A DNA stretch of 64,000 nucleotides from Malacoraja senta (GCA_038087875.1 CM075989.1:16990001-17054000), one strand, 5' to 3'; shown: positions 11,115 through 23,999, counted from the first letter of the stretch. Notes: generated by a model from the letters alone, not told the origin. A program made the numbers and translations.

Positions 11115-11895
11115 GTATATAAACTTATGATAGGCATAGGTAGAGTAGGCCAAATTATTTTCCCAGGGTGGAAATATCAAAGACCAGACAACATAGCTTT
11201 AAGGTGAGAGGGGCAAAGTTTAAAGCACGGATGGTGGCGAGTGCCTGGAACACACTGTCCAAGGTGACGGTGGAGGCAGAGTTAATAGTGGCTTTTAAGA
11301 GGCATTTAGATAGGCACATGGATATGCAGGGACTGAAGGGATATAGACCATGTGAAGGCAGATGAGATTAGTTTGCATGCCATCCAAACAGATCAGATAT
11401 TCCATGCATAAATCCAATCATCAAACTCAAGTACAATAGTTAAAGGGGAGGAAACAAAGTGCAGACTATAGTTCTACTGTATACTTACAGGTAGAAAAGA
11501 GATTTAAAAGAGTAGAGTGATTGGATCAGTTGGTAGTAATCCTTCTCTGAGAAGTACATGCAGAGAGTCACCATTCTCTGGCGCCAGAGGAGTATAAAAT
11601 CATCATTATTAAGAACCAGAGGGTGTAAGTTTAAGGTGAGAGAAGTAAGAGTTAATCAGAACATGAGAGGCAACTTTTTCACATAGAGGGTGGTGGGTAT
11701 ATGAAACGAGCTGTCAGGTGAAAGCAGGTACAGTAACATTTAAAATTCATTTGGATAGGTACATCGATAGAAAGATTTAGAGGGCTTTGGGTCAAAAACA
11801 GGCAAATGGGACTAGTTTGGATTGGCATCTTGTTTGGCATGGATGAGTTGGGCCAAAGGGCCTGCTTTCCTGCTGTACATCTCTATGGTTCTATA
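11115..11895 (+). mobile_element. Two CR1 3' end fragments (11115-11375, 11610-11895)
   Basis: SKTRQHSFKVRG...AWNTL...AFKRHLDRHM peptide; second tail agaaccagagggtgtaagtttaaggtgag...ctctatggttctat. Confidence 0.75.
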
Positions 11896-12684
11896 ATGTC
11901 GCACATTGTTTCACCCTGCATGAAAGACTGGGCGAGTGTCAACCAGTGTAACGTGCTGTCAATGGAGCTGACAGCTGGGCATTCCTTCTTAACAATGACT
12001 AAACACTGTCAGTGCTGTAGAGGCCATGAATAAAGATAACCCTTCCTGACAAAGCAATTCACCATCGACTTTAATGAAACCCACACGAAATACGATGCAC
12101 ATCGAATATAAATTGGAAAATTACTTCCCCAGCTTGGAAATATGTATAAGAAAACATAGCATTCAACTGAGCAATCAGGAAGGAAAAGTTCTTCTCAATT
12201 CCGTAATATTATTTTGCATAAAGTCAGTAGATTCTCTCTGTAAGATGGTAAGAACTCGTAGTGGGGGATGCAGCAAAATTAGACGGATGCAGTCATTTTA
12301 ATAATACAGTGAAACCTCATTAATCTAGACACTTGGAACATTGATGATGCCGAACTAGCAGATCTTCCAAATTATTGGATGTTATTTGGGACATGAAACA
12401 TGGACTGGTACAGGCAACAATATCTGTCAGCCATGATGCCAATTTACACTGCACCTGTATCTTGCCTCACCACTCTTACCTCACTTATATCATTGTCACC
12501 TGTTGTGGGCATAGCCATCCCCATCCCTAGCTGTCTTGAGTAGATGCTGGTGAACCATCTTTGTGGACTGCTGCAGTCTTTGTGGTGGAGGTACACCCAG
12601 CTCTGTTGAGTTGAAGCACTGCTGTTTATGGATGGTGCACAATGCAGCCACTGTGTTTGAGTGGGGACGGAATGAATATTTAAT

Positions 12685-13565
12685 GTAGGAAGAAACTGCA
12701 GATGCTGGTTTATACCGATGATAGCCACAAAATGCTGGAGTAACTCCGCTGGTCAGGCAGCATCTCCGGAGAAAAGGAATAGGCTTCGGAATCCTTTTTA
12801 TGAATAGGAATATTTAGGGTGAAGATGGACGCAAAAAGTTGGAGAAACTCAGCGGGAGAGGCATCATCTCTGGAGAGAAGGAATGGGTGACGTTTCGGGT
12901 TGAGACCCTTCTTCAGACTGGGACAGGCAGCATCTCTGGAGAGAAGAAATCGGTGACGTTTCGGGTCGAGACCCTTTTTCAGACATGGCAGGGGAGACGG
13001 CGATACAGAGATAAAATGTAGTCAGAGACAATAATTCAATTCAATTCAATTGCCCTTTATTGTCATTCAAACATGCAAGTTTTGAACGAAATTTCGTTCC
13101 TGCAGTCATAACAGCAAAAAAAAGACCAAAACACACAATTAACACAATTCCACATAAACATCCATCACAATGAATCTCCAAACACCTCATCACTGTGATG
13201 GAAGGCAAAAGTCTTATCTCTTCCCTGTCCTTTGTTCTTCTTCCACGGTCAGGCAGCCAAACTGCACGTCGAGGTGACTGGGGCTCCCGATGTTAAAGCC
13301 CTCGGCGGGCGATGGTAAGTCCCGCGACCGTTTAAGCCGCGCCGGGCGATGTAAGGCCCTGCTCCGGGCCAATTCAAACCCTCGTTTCGGGTGGGAGAAT
13401 AAGACTGGTAGGAGAACTGGGAAGGGGGAGAGGATGGTCTGAAGAAGGGTCTCGACCCAAAACATCGCCCATACCTTCTCTCCAGAGTTGCTGCCTGTCC
13501 TGCTGAGTTACTCCAGCCTCTTGTGTCTACGGTTTAAACCAGCATCTGCAGTTCCTTCCTACACA
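12685..13565. mobile_element. Penelope-derived element with terminal inverted arms, internal duplications and a nested insertion
   Basis: Left tgtaggaagaaactgcagatgctggttt... and right ...aaaccagcatctgcagttccttcctaca are inverted; atgaatattt occurs on both sides; hammerhead cores at ~12885-12918 (-), 12951-12984 (-), ~13437-13470 (+). Confidence 0.7.
13033..13400 (-). mobile_element. Non-autonomous retroposon, hairpin family (copy 2)
   Basis: (TTCAA)n tail + ctttattgtca; cataaacatccatcacaatg...tcactgtgatggaagg core. Confidence 0.65.
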
Positions 13566-14011
13566 TGAATATTTGGGATGATTGTTGGGATGCCAGTCAA
13601 GCGGGCTGCTTTACCCATGATAATGCTCAGCTTGAGTTAAAGTTAAACATATTCGGGCAAGTGGAGAGCATTGTGTCACACTCCTGACTGGCAGATGGTG
13701 GAAAGGCTTTAGGCATCAGGAAATAAGACAATCACTGTTATCCCTGAGCATCAACAGCTTCTTCTGTTTATATTTAAAATTTCCAGCATTTGCCGTTTTT
13801 TGCCTTACTTTGTTTAATCCTGCAATTTTCATTTTCCAACTGGACAACTGGTTTGCAGTGCTTCAGCTATGATGAGAGACTGGAAAGGCTAGCACCGTTT
13901 TCCTGGAGCCAAGGTAGTTAAGAGGCAACCACAACTGAGGTATATAAAGCAATGAGTAATACAGATGAGGTAAGACTGAAGGAACATTTTACCCATGTCG
14001 GAGAAAGATAC

Positions 14012-14111
14012 TGAAGTCTGAAGAAGGGTTTAGGCCCGAAACGTTGCCTATTTACTTCGCTCCATAGATGCTGCTGCACCCGCTGAGTTTCTCCAGCACT
14101 TTTGTCTACCT
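14012..14111 (+). mobile_element. 100-bp hammerhead-containing Penelope-derived insertion inside a CR1 fragment
   Basis: Perfect 14-bp direct repeat TCGGAGAAAGATAC at 13998-14011 and 14112-14125; CTGAAGAAGGGTTTAGGCCCGAAACGTT core; near-identical copy at 45270-45361. Confidence 0.8.
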
Positions 14112-14591
14112 TCGGAGAAAGATACAACTAGAGGGCATAAATTTAGAGTAAGGGGTAAGAGATTCTGATGGGGATATGACGGGGACTTTCTCCACCCAGA
14201 GAGTGGTGAGTACCTGGAATGAACTGCTGGAGAAAGTGGTGGAAGCAGAGTCATTGAAGCAATGTCTAGATGACCATTGAATCGCCCAGGCATAAAAACC
14301 TATAGGCCACATGCTGGAAAATGGGATTAACATGGATGGGTGCCCAGTGTTTGGCAAGATTGTGGTGGGCTGAATGGCCTGTTTCCATGCTGATAGACAT
14401 CAGTCTAGAGAAGGGTCTCGACCCATATACTCACCCATCCTTTCTCTCCAGAAATGCTGCCTGACCCGCTCAGTTACTCCAGCACTGTATCTCCCAGCAT
14501 CTGCCGTCATTTCTACACATTTTGTCTGTTCCACTGCAAAATCTCCTCAATGTATGCCTACTCTGAAGAAGTTCTCCTCCTCTTTCCGATG

Positions 14592-14627
14592 GGGTCTGAA
14601 GAAGGGTCCTGACCCGAAACGTCACCC
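14592..14627 (+). ncRNA. Minimal hammerhead ribozyme motif (Penelope type)
   Basis: GGGT-CTGAAGA-A-GGGTC-CT-GACCC-GAAA-CG-TC-ACCC: 4-bp stem I, core CUGANGA, stem II, GAAA, palindromic ACGT helix III, predicted cleavage after C14623. Confidence 0.7.
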
Positions 14628-17082
14628 GCCCTTTTTCCCCCAGAGATGCTGCCTGACCCGCTGAGTTGCTCCAGCACGTTGTGCCTATCTTCGGTATATA
14701 CCAGCATCTGCAGTTCCTTTCTGCACACTGTTTCCATGCTGTATGATTCTATTACTCCTAAGTCCATGGCAAATCAACTCAGATGTGGAGTGTTCTGCCG
14801 AGCTCCAGTTTAGTATACAGCTCACATCTCAGGTGGTGCGGCTAAAGGTTCCAATAACCTTAATAGAACCTTGAGAGACCTTGAGAGTCTTCAGAGAAGC
14901 AGCAGTGCACTTGGACAAAGTCCTGTAAGAAGCAGATTAATTTCATAAACCCGCTGGAGAAATAATTCGGGGAAAAGGGTCAGATCAAAAAACCCAAATT
15001 GCTCATAATTTGCCATTTCCTGATTAGATGTGGAACAATGGCATGTTCTTTGAACCCAATTCGGTTACTAGTAAATTAATTAGCCCGTTCAAGAGCTAAG
15101 CAGCGAAACAACCAGTTAATCTTTCGTTATGTAGCACATTTTTCACATTGTGCTTGAAATAATACTGCAGGAAATAAAGACACAAGGAATTGCAGAATCT
15201 GGTTTATTAAAAAAATGACACAGAGTGCCAGAGTATCTCTGGAGAACATGGATATGCCACCGAAATGTCACCCATTCATGTCTTCCAGAGGTGCTACCTG
15301 ACCCGTTGAGTTACTCCGGCACTTTGTGCTTTTATCTGTTGAACTGGATTAAAACGGTAGGTTACACTGCAAGTGGATTTCAAGAGTAGGTGAGTGAGAA
15401 ACATGATTACAGGACATGTAAAAAGGAAAATATTTCAAAAGACAAAAAATAAGCAAATTTTGTTTCCATCTGAGTAAATTGCAACATTTCCCTAATGTGT
15501 GTAGGATAGTGTAAAATACAGGGATGGCTGGTCGTTGCGAATTCAGAGGGCCGAAGGGCCTGTTTCCGTGCTGTATCTCTATACTATACCAAACTAAACA
15601 CATTCACGCGCGCAGACCTGTGAGTGATCTAGAAGTTCTAGTGCAACAAGGTAGGTGGCTGCTTTAGTCATGGGCCTGCAGTGCTGGAGCCCCAGTCTTA
15701 GCTCACATGATATTGTGCTAATTTCAAAATTTTAACAACCAATTTAATCACATTTGTGCACACGTATATGAGGAAAATGTCGAAATTCTGAAACTAATGA
15801 CTGTTCTTGGTTATCCCCGGAAGATTTGTACGGATAATTTATCCCATCCTGTATCATTGCTCTACCCTGTCAATTTATTTTGCTCATTTCTATTATCAGC
15901 ACCTTGTTTTTCCTCTTTGCTTTCACCGATTCCCTTATTGCTTTCTGCAGCTCCTCATGCTGTCTGAACAGTTAGGATTGACTTTCTGACTTCCTGCTAA
16001 CACATCAAATCCCTTCTTGCTGACTTTTGCTCAGCACCATCTGGCCAGTCCGTTAATTGAAGCCCGTCTTTTATGTTTCTCTTTTGACGGGACAGATCCA
16101 TCCGTTCACAGGTTCCCCTAATTGCTCCACTCCTGCTCATCTCATCGTGGTGATGTTTGCTTCTGAGATTTGCCATGATATAAATCATTACATTAATACA
16201 TTCCTTCTCTCCACAGATGCTGCCTGTCCCGCTGAGTTACTCCAGCATTTTGTGTCTATCTTTGGTGTAAACCAGCATCTGCAGTTCCTTCATACACACC
16301 AGGATTATTATTACACTTGTGTTAGAAAATGCAATGGTGTATTCTCAGTCCTCGGCTTTGAAAGTAATTTATTTTGCTACGCTCCACTTTACCCGAATAT
16401 TGGCTGCAGAGGTCCGTCTGCACAAACTGCAGACTGAACAAAATGAGTTTGTAATGTGCCCTCACTGTACAGTTTGTGTGGCTCGCACTTCATCCACTTT
16501 CCAAAGTGATGGATTCCAACAATATTCCAACAGATGGCTGTGGAGGCCAAGTCAATGGATATTTTTAACCGGAGATGGACAAATTCTTGATTAGGACAGT
16601 TGTCTGGAGTTATGGGATGAGGGCAGGAGAATGGGGTTGAGAGGGAAAGATAGATCAGCCACGATGGAGTGGCGGAGTAGACTCAATGGGCCGAATGGCC
16701 TAATTCTACTCCTAAAATGTATGCATATTTATAGTTTCTGCAAGAAAATCTTTTTTATTTTTCAGGTTTTTTTTAAATTGCAAGTAAAATATTTCAATAC
16801 CTTGAAAATTTCGAAGCCAATATTGTTGGTAACTAACAGCTGTAAGCACCGTCTGGTTTCAGAGTCCAATATAATATTGGGTTGTGCATTTTCACATTGA
16901 TTTGTACTGCCAGTCCTTTGGGACTGGGATCGTTTAAATAAATCCGATATTTATTAATTATGCAGCATGTGTGTTAGCAACCAATATCCTTACACAGTGC
17001 CCACATGTCAGGAGCCATCTGCTCTCACTCCAACTTCTTGTCAAATTCAGCTTTCCCTCTGGCACTGAATCAATTTCTAATC

Positions 17083-17675
17083 AAAGATTTCAAAGGTTTC
17101 AAAGGTCTTTTATTGTCACATGTACTAATTAAGGTACAGTGATATGCGAAATACCATACAGACATATGAAAAAAAAGCAAGACACACAACTACATAAAAG
17201 TTAACATAAACATCCACCACAGCGGATTCCCCACATTCCTCATTGTGAATGAAGGCAAAAAAGTTAAAACTTCTTCCTCTTTATTCTCCCGTGGTCGGGG
17301 CAGTCGAACCATCCGTCGGGGCAATTGAAGCTCCCGCAGCCGGTGGTCAAAGCCCCCATGTCGGGGCGATCGAAACTCCCGTGGCTTGGAGTTTCCAAAG
17401 TCGGTCTCTGACCAGAGATCGCGGGCTCCGTGATGTAAGTCCGCAAGCACCCGTGGTTGGAGATCCGAGGTAGATCTCAGGCAAAGAGATCGCAAGCTCC
17501 GCGATGGTAAGTCCGCAAGCGAGCGCGGTGGAGCTCTCAAAATCAGTTTCCAGCAAAGGCCACCAACTCCTCGATGTTAGGTCGCAGTGTGGACCGAGAT
17601 ACGATACAGGAAAAAGATCGCATCTCCGTCGAGGTAAGAGATTAGAAAAAGTTTCTCCCAACCCCCACCCCCCCG
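17083..17675 (-). mobile_element. Non-autonomous retroposon, hairpin family (longest copy)
   Basis: tttcaaagg-repeat tail + ctttattgtcac; shared core; internal repeats gtcggggc x3 and agagatcgc...gtaagtccgcaagc x2. Confidence 0.65.
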
Positions 17676-17919
17676 CGGACTTGATGGGCTGAAGGGCCTG
17701 CTTCCACACTGTATCGCAGCCTTACAATTGCTGCCTTACAGCACCAGAGACCTAGGTTTGATCCTGACTATTGGTGCTGTCTGTGTGTGTAGGATAGTGC
17801 TAGTGTGCAGGGATCGCAGGTTGGCTCGGACTTGGTGGGCTGTATCGCTAGACTAAACTAAAGCGCAAAGTTCCTACTTAAAAGAATAATGAGTGTTTTG
17901 TTATCGTCTTGCTTGAAGA

Positions 17920-20603
17920 TCAGGTATCACCCCTGCTATTTGCCCTTATGATAGAACCTTTGGCTGAAAGTATAAGAATTCATCCTAATATCCAGGGCTA
18001 TAATACTAGGGACTCAAATAATAAAATTTCATTATATGCAGACGATATACTTTTATATATTACCAAGTCACAAACGAGCATACCAAATTTATTAAATTTA
18101 ATAGAGGAATTTGGGTCCTTTTCTGGATATAGAATAAATTGGAATAAAAGTGAAATCATGACGTTAAAACCTCAAGAATCTACACACTTATTGAAGTTCC
18201 CCTTTAAAATAGCAACAGAAACATTTAAATATTTGGGTATTCAGATTACTAGAAAATATAAAGCATTATTCAATGCTAATTTTATACCTTTATTAAATAA
18301 ACTTAATATACTGATTAAATTTTGGAAAACACATCCTTTATCATTAATAGGTTGAATAAATGTTATAAAAATGATCTTTCTACCACAATTATTATACCTA
18401 TTTCAGTCTATACCAGTATATATACCAAAATACTTTTTTTTTAAATTAGACTCTAATATTACTAATTTTATTTGGGATTATAAATCACATAGAATTAAAA
18501 ATAAAACTTATGTAAACCAAAAGATGTCGGGGGACTTTCACTCCCGAATTTTTTGTATTATTATTGGGCAGTGCATATTAAGAATATAATTTATTGGTTG
18601 GACAGTTCTACCCAACAGACAGAATCAATAAAAATGGAGAAAGAGGATTGTTTTCCTTGTAATATAGGAACGATCCTCTTCTCCCCGAAAAAACTGAACA
18701 ATACAATATATAAGAAGAACCCAATTATACATGATACAATAAGAATATGGAAACAAATAAAATTATCCTTAAAATTAAGAAACTTATCATTGTTAATGCC
18801 AATAACGAATAATCCTTTATTTAAACCATCTCTTATTGATAAAACATATAATCAATGGGAAAGTTTAGGAATTAAAAGGATCGGGATATGTATGAAATGG
18901 GACATTTATTATCATTCCAACAATTACAATTAAAATTTAAATTGAAAAACAACCATTATTTTAAATATCTTCAGATTTGCGATTTCATGAAGAAATACAT
19001 ACAAGGATATCAAAAAATAACTCCTGACTTATTGGAAGAAGCAATGAATATTAAAGCTGACACAAAAATTAATATCATATTTATATAATATTTTAAATAT
19101 AGACCTACCATTGACTTAGAGAAGAGTGGGAACGGGAATTAATGATAAAAATTACGAAGGTTACATGGGGAAAGTATTTGATATACATTCACAAATGTTC
19201 GATTAATGCAAGACATAATCTAATTCAATTTAAAATTTTACATAGATTATATTATTCAAAAACAAGATTGAATAAATTCTATCCAAATATATCCCCCATT
19301 TGCGATAAGTGTTTATCCCAAAACGCAACCATAACACACTCTTTTGTTTCCTGCATAAAACTTTATAGATTTTGGAGTGATATTTTTGAAATATTTACAA
19401 AATTATTTAAGATAAGAATGGAACCTAATACTGAATTGATTATATTGAGAGTAATGGAAGATGGGAATAAATTGAATTCATCTCAAAATTTATTTTTTAA
19501 TTATGGTTTAATAATAGCAAAAAAATTAATACTTAAATTTTGGAAAAATACACCAATACCAACGCTCAAAATGTGGATTGCAAGCATTTGGATACCGCAC
19601 ATCTTGAGGAAATGCGATTCTTCCTAATAGATAAATCAGACCAATTCATAACGAGTTGGTCTCCATTAGTCGTCTTTTTGGAATCATATGGCGTCATTGG
19701 CGTCTCCCTATCATTGGCGTCTCCCTACCCTCGGTACAAGAACTGTTCCAGAGCCGCTGTCTGAAAAAAGCTCAGAGAATTTCTAAGGACAAACTGCACC
19801 CCCTCCACATACACCTGGATCTCCTGCCATCAGGCAAGAGATATCGCAGCATCAAAGCCCGGACTACAAGACTGCTAAACAGCTTCCTGCCATATGCTGT
19901 GAGGCTGCTAAACAGCCACTCTGTACTCACAGTCACCTGATTCTGCGGCTTGGCACGGACACTTTAATAACTGGCACTGGCCACTTCAATAACTGGCACT
20001 GGCCACTCAAATCAGCTGCCCCGGACATGTTTATGATTGGTTTTACTGTATTTTAACGTAGTTTTTACCTACTTTTTAACTATTTATACTGTTCCATCAG
20101 GGACTGGATTGATTTTAGTGTTATTATGTGTGAAATGTTTTAAATTTCATGTGCGATGCTCCGGTATTCCCTGGGAAACGTCTTTTCATTTTGCACTGTA
20201 CAACTGTTGCTTGCAAGATGACAATAAAGGTTGATTTGATTTGATTTGATATGGTGCAACACAATTGTAAAAGCTAATTGTCTCGGGACTGGGCGAGGGA
20301 TGGTCAAGAGTAGAAATAATGATCTCCTTACTTCTTTTTTAATTTTTTTATTTTTTACTCTCTTTTCCCCATTTTCTTTTCTTTAACTTTCTTCTTTCAT
20401 TCTTTTTTCTTCTTCTTCACACACTATATATCTCACGTTTTTCTATACTTTATTATCTAATTTCTTTTTCTTATTCTTCTTTATTATAATAAAAAAATAA
20501 GAAGCTGTACATAAAATGTATTATGAAAATATATATTAGGCACTTTGGTGCCATACGATTGTACTTACTTCTAATAAAATTAAAATAAAAAAATTTAAAA
20601 AAA
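17920..20603 (+). mobile_element. 5'-truncated AT-rich L1-clade LINE (ORF2 3' half, frameshifted) with A-rich tail
   Basis: SPLLFAL, SLYADDILLY, FGSFSGYRINWNKS, FKYLGIQIT, CDKC...THSFVSC; T-rich 3'UTR, AATAAA and A-rich end at 20573-20603. Confidence 0.92.
19692..20250 (+). mobile_element. Rex1/Babar-type LINE 3' end nested in the L1
   Basis: HPLHIHLDLLPSGKRYRSIKARTTRLLNSFLPYAVRLLN; gacaataaa + (TTTGA)n tail; TSD ATATGG (19686-19691, 20249-20254). Confidence 0.8.
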
Positions 20604-20699
20604 GATCAGGTATTTCCATCACTAAATAACCTGGTTCGAACCTTTAGAAAACCTTTTGTCAAATGTGACGCTTGTGAATTCAACTTATCAAGTGTGATG

Positions 20700-21035
20700 T
20701 GCACTACAAATAACATTCACATTCACACCTAAAGGTAGTTGAAATCACACACACTTCCAGACACTGACACACACGCTTACATGCTATGGTATACACTTTC
20801 ACATGTATTGATACACACCTTTACATGCACTGACACGCACTTACACAAACACTGACACACACCTGCACAGACACTAACACACACTTACACAGACACTGAC
20901 AAAACATTTACATGCACTGATATGCACTTTCACAGACACTGACACACATTCACGTGTACAGACACACACTTTTACATGCACTGCCGCACACTTACACACT
21001 CATACACACTTTCAGAGACACGGCACAATTACACC
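20700..21035. repeat. Degenerate CA-rich minisatellite (acactgacacacac..ttacatgc units)
   Basis: Repeated cactgacacacac and ttacatgcact motifs. Confidence 0.75.
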
Positions 21036-21427
21036 AAACTGCAATTTCTCAAGTCACCCGTCACGTGTGGAGAGAGAAGCAGAGCTAATTGCACATCATC
21101 TTATCAAATGAATTGGTAAATATGTGTAACTTGGCTCTGTTCCCTCAGGCCTGGATTATTTCAAAAGGTGTTGACAAAAAGTGTGATATTTGTTGGAATT
21201 CATTTAATTCATTTCATATTTCAGCTCTTTTCATATAAAATCTGGTGAGTCATCTCCTTTCTCTTCCCATGTAATGTCCCCCTGGTAAATATTGGCAGCA
21301 ATGTAATTTCATACTTCTGTTTTCTTATTTTTTACCACATGATTTCTCCTGTCTAATTCTCCACTCAACTTTTTATATATGTGTCTGCAGAATATTTTGT
21401 ACGATTTCCTTTATATTACTTGATAAG

Positions 21428-21700
21428 CAGGTAGAGCTGCTGCCTCACAGTGCCAGAGAGCCGGGATCAATCCTGACCTTGGATGCTGCCTGTGTGGAGT
21501 TTGCACGTTCTCACTGTGCAAACTAGGCTTCCTGCAGGTGCTCCAGCTTCCTCCCACATCCTAAAGACTTGTGAGTTCGTTGGTAAATTGGTCTCTGTAA
21601 ATTACCCCTGGTGCGTAGGGAGTTGATGAGAGAGTGGGATAACATAAAACTAGTATGAATGGGTGATTGATGGTCAGTGTGGACTCAGTGAGCTGCAGGG
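21428..21700 (+). mobile_element. HE1/V-SINE-type tRNA-derived SINE
   Basis: ggtagagctgctgcctcacag...gatcaatcctgacc tRNA-like head and tgtgtggagtttgcacgttctc V-domain. Confidence 0.8.
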
Positions 21701-22020
21701 TCTTTTGAGCCAGCACCGCCATTCAATATGATCATGGCTGATCATCTAAAATCAGTACCTCGTTCCAGCTTTTTCTCCATACCCCTTGATTCCTTTAGCC
21801 GTAAGAGCTAAATTTAACTCCCTCTTGAAAACATCCAGTGAATTGGCCTCCACTGCCTTCTGTGGCAGAGAATTCCACAGATTCACAATTCTCTGGGTGA
21901 AAAAGTGTTTCCTCATCTCAGTCCTAAATGGCCTATCCCTTATTGACGCCTGCTTCTGGACTCCCCCAACATTTTTCCTGCATCTACCCTATCCAATCCT
22001 TTAAGAATTCTATAAGATCT

Positions 22021-23350
22021 CATAGATACATAGATACATAGAAAATAGGTGCAGGAGTAGGCCATTCGGCCCTTCGAGCCTGCACCGCCATTCAATATGA
22101 TCATGGCTGATCATCCAACTCAGTATCCCGTACCTGCCTTCTCTCCATACCCCCTGATCCCTTTAGCCACAAGGGCCACATCTAACTCCCTCTTAAATAT
22201 AGCCAATGAACTGGCGTCAACTACCCTCTGTGGCAGAGAGTTCCAGAGATTCACCACTCTCTGTGTGAAAAAGTTTTTCCTCATCTCGGTCTTAAAGGAT
22301 TTCCCCCTTATCCTTAAGCTGTGACCCCTTGTCCTGGACTTCCCCAACATCGGGAACAATCTTCCTGCATCTAGCCTGTCCAACCCCATAAGAATTTTGT
22401 ACGTTTCTATAAGATCCCCTCTCAATCTCCTGAATTCTAGCGAGTATAAGCCAAGTCTATCCAGTCTTTCTTCATATGAAAGTCCTGACATCCCAGGAAT
22501 CAGTCTGGTGAACCTTCTCTGCACTCCCTCTATGGCTATAATGTCTTTCCTCAGATTTGGAGACCAAAACTGTACGCAATACTCCAGGTGTGGTCTCACC
22601 AAGACCCTGTACAACTGCAGTAGAACCTCCCTGCTCCTATACTCAAATCCTCTTGCTATGAAGGCCAACATACCATTCGCTTTCTTCACTGCCTGCTGCA
22701 CCTGCATGCCTACTTTCAATGACTGGTGTACCATGACACCCAGGTCTCGCTGCACCTCCCCATTTCCTAATCGGCCACCATTTAGATAATAGTCTGCCTT
22801 CCCGTTTTTGCCACCAAAGTGGATAACCTCACATTTATCCACATTATACTGCATCTGCCAAACATTTGCCCACTCCCCCAGCCTATCCAAGTCACCTTGC
22901 AGTCTCCTAGCATCCTCCTCACAGCTAACACTGCCCCCCAGCTTAGTGTCATCCGCAAACTTGGAGATGTTGCTTTCAATTCCCTCGTCCAGATCATTAA
23001 TATAAATTGTAAATAGCTGGGGTCCCAGCACTGAGCCTTGCGGTACCCCACTAGTCACTGCCTGCCATTGTGAAAAGGACCCGTTTACTCCTACTCTTTG
23101 CTTCCTGTTTGCCAGCCAGTTCTCTATCCACATCAATACTGAACCCCCAATACCTTGTGATTTAAGCTTGTATCCTAATCTCTTATGTGGTACCTTGTCG
23201 AAAGCCTTCTGAAAGTCCAGATACAACACATCCACTGGTTCTCCCCTATCCACTCTACTAGTTACATCCTCGACAAATTCTATAAGATTCGTCAGACACG
23301 ATTTACCTTTCGTAAATCCATGCTGACTTTGTCCAATGATTTCACCACTT
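22021..23350 (-). mobile_element. Young 5'-truncated CR1 LINE inserted in an older CR1 (21710-22020, 23351-23420)
   Basis: Uninterrupted RT ORF; (catagata)n tail at 22021-22041; flanks rejoin as ttctataagatct|tctcctcacatccttctaaattcc, the homologous CR1 segment. Confidence 0.92.
22120..23253 (-). CDS. CR1 reverse transcriptase, C-terminal 377 aa (5'-truncated)
   Basis: YLDFQKAFDKVPH, GVPQGSVLGP, KFADDTKL, RDLGV, RPHLEYC, NLWNSLP motifs. Confidence 0.9.
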   Translation of the reverse strand: MDRGEPVDVLYLDFQKAFDKVPHKRLGYKLKSQGIGGSVLMWIENWLANRKQRVGVNGSFSQWQAVTSGVPQGSVLGPQLFTIYINDLDEGIESNISKFADDTKLGGSVSCEEDARRLQGDLDRLGEWANVWQMQYNVDKCEVIHFGGKNGKADYYLNGGRLGNGEVQRDLGVMVHQSLKVGMQVQQAVKKANGMLAFIARGFEYRSREVLLQLYRVLVRPHLEYCVQFWSPNLRKDIIAIEGVQRRFTRLIPGMSGLSYEERLDRLGLYSLEFRRLRGDLIETYKILMGLDRLDAGRLFPMLGKSRTRGHSLRIRGKSFKTEMRKNFFTQRVVNLWNSLPQRVVDASSLAIFKRELDVALVAKGIRGYGEKAGTGY

Positions 23351-23454
23351 TCTTCTCCTCACATCCTTCTAAATTCCAGTAAATACAAGCCCAGTCGACC
23401 CATTCTTTCATCATATGTCAATACCGTTATTTGTTTTATATTGGCAAGTGCATA

Positions 23455-23875
23455 GGAGGGAGCTGCAGATGCTGGTTTACACCGAAGATAGACACAAAAT
23501 GCTGGAGTAATGCTCTCGCTCATATTTCATTTGGGTAGCTTACAACCCAGCAATATGAATATTGACTTTTCTAACTTCAAGTAGCCCTTGCTTTCCCTCT
23601 CTCTCCATCCCTCCCCCATCTTAGTTCTCTGACCAATCTGACTGTCCTACTGATTAAACGTTATCTTTGTATGCCTCATTGTCACCATCGCCTAGATCTA
23701 TTCTACATTTTCCTTGAACTCTCCCATTTGATCTCTCCTTTTCACGCCTTACCCTTCCATATCTCTGTGTATCTCTCTCCCTTGACTCTCAGTCTGAAGA
23801 CGGGCTTCGACCCGCAACGTCACCCATTATCTCTATCCTGATGCTCTGAGTTACTCAAGCATTTTGTGTTTATAT
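23455..23875 (+). mobile_element. Penelope-like 3' fragment with inverted arm
   Basis: LIFHLGSLQPSNMNIDFSNF peptide at ~23518-23578, pyrimidine-rich UTR, then ctgaagacgggcttcgacccgcaacgtcaccc. Confidence 0.75.
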
Positions 23876-23999
23876 TGGCAAATTATATTCTCAGCCCGTC
23901 TAAGTAGAATTGCTCCAATCTTATCGGTATTCATCTTCATTTTATCTTAAAACACAAAATGTCAAGTTGAGAATTACTTACAGGTCCTCCCTATTTTTG

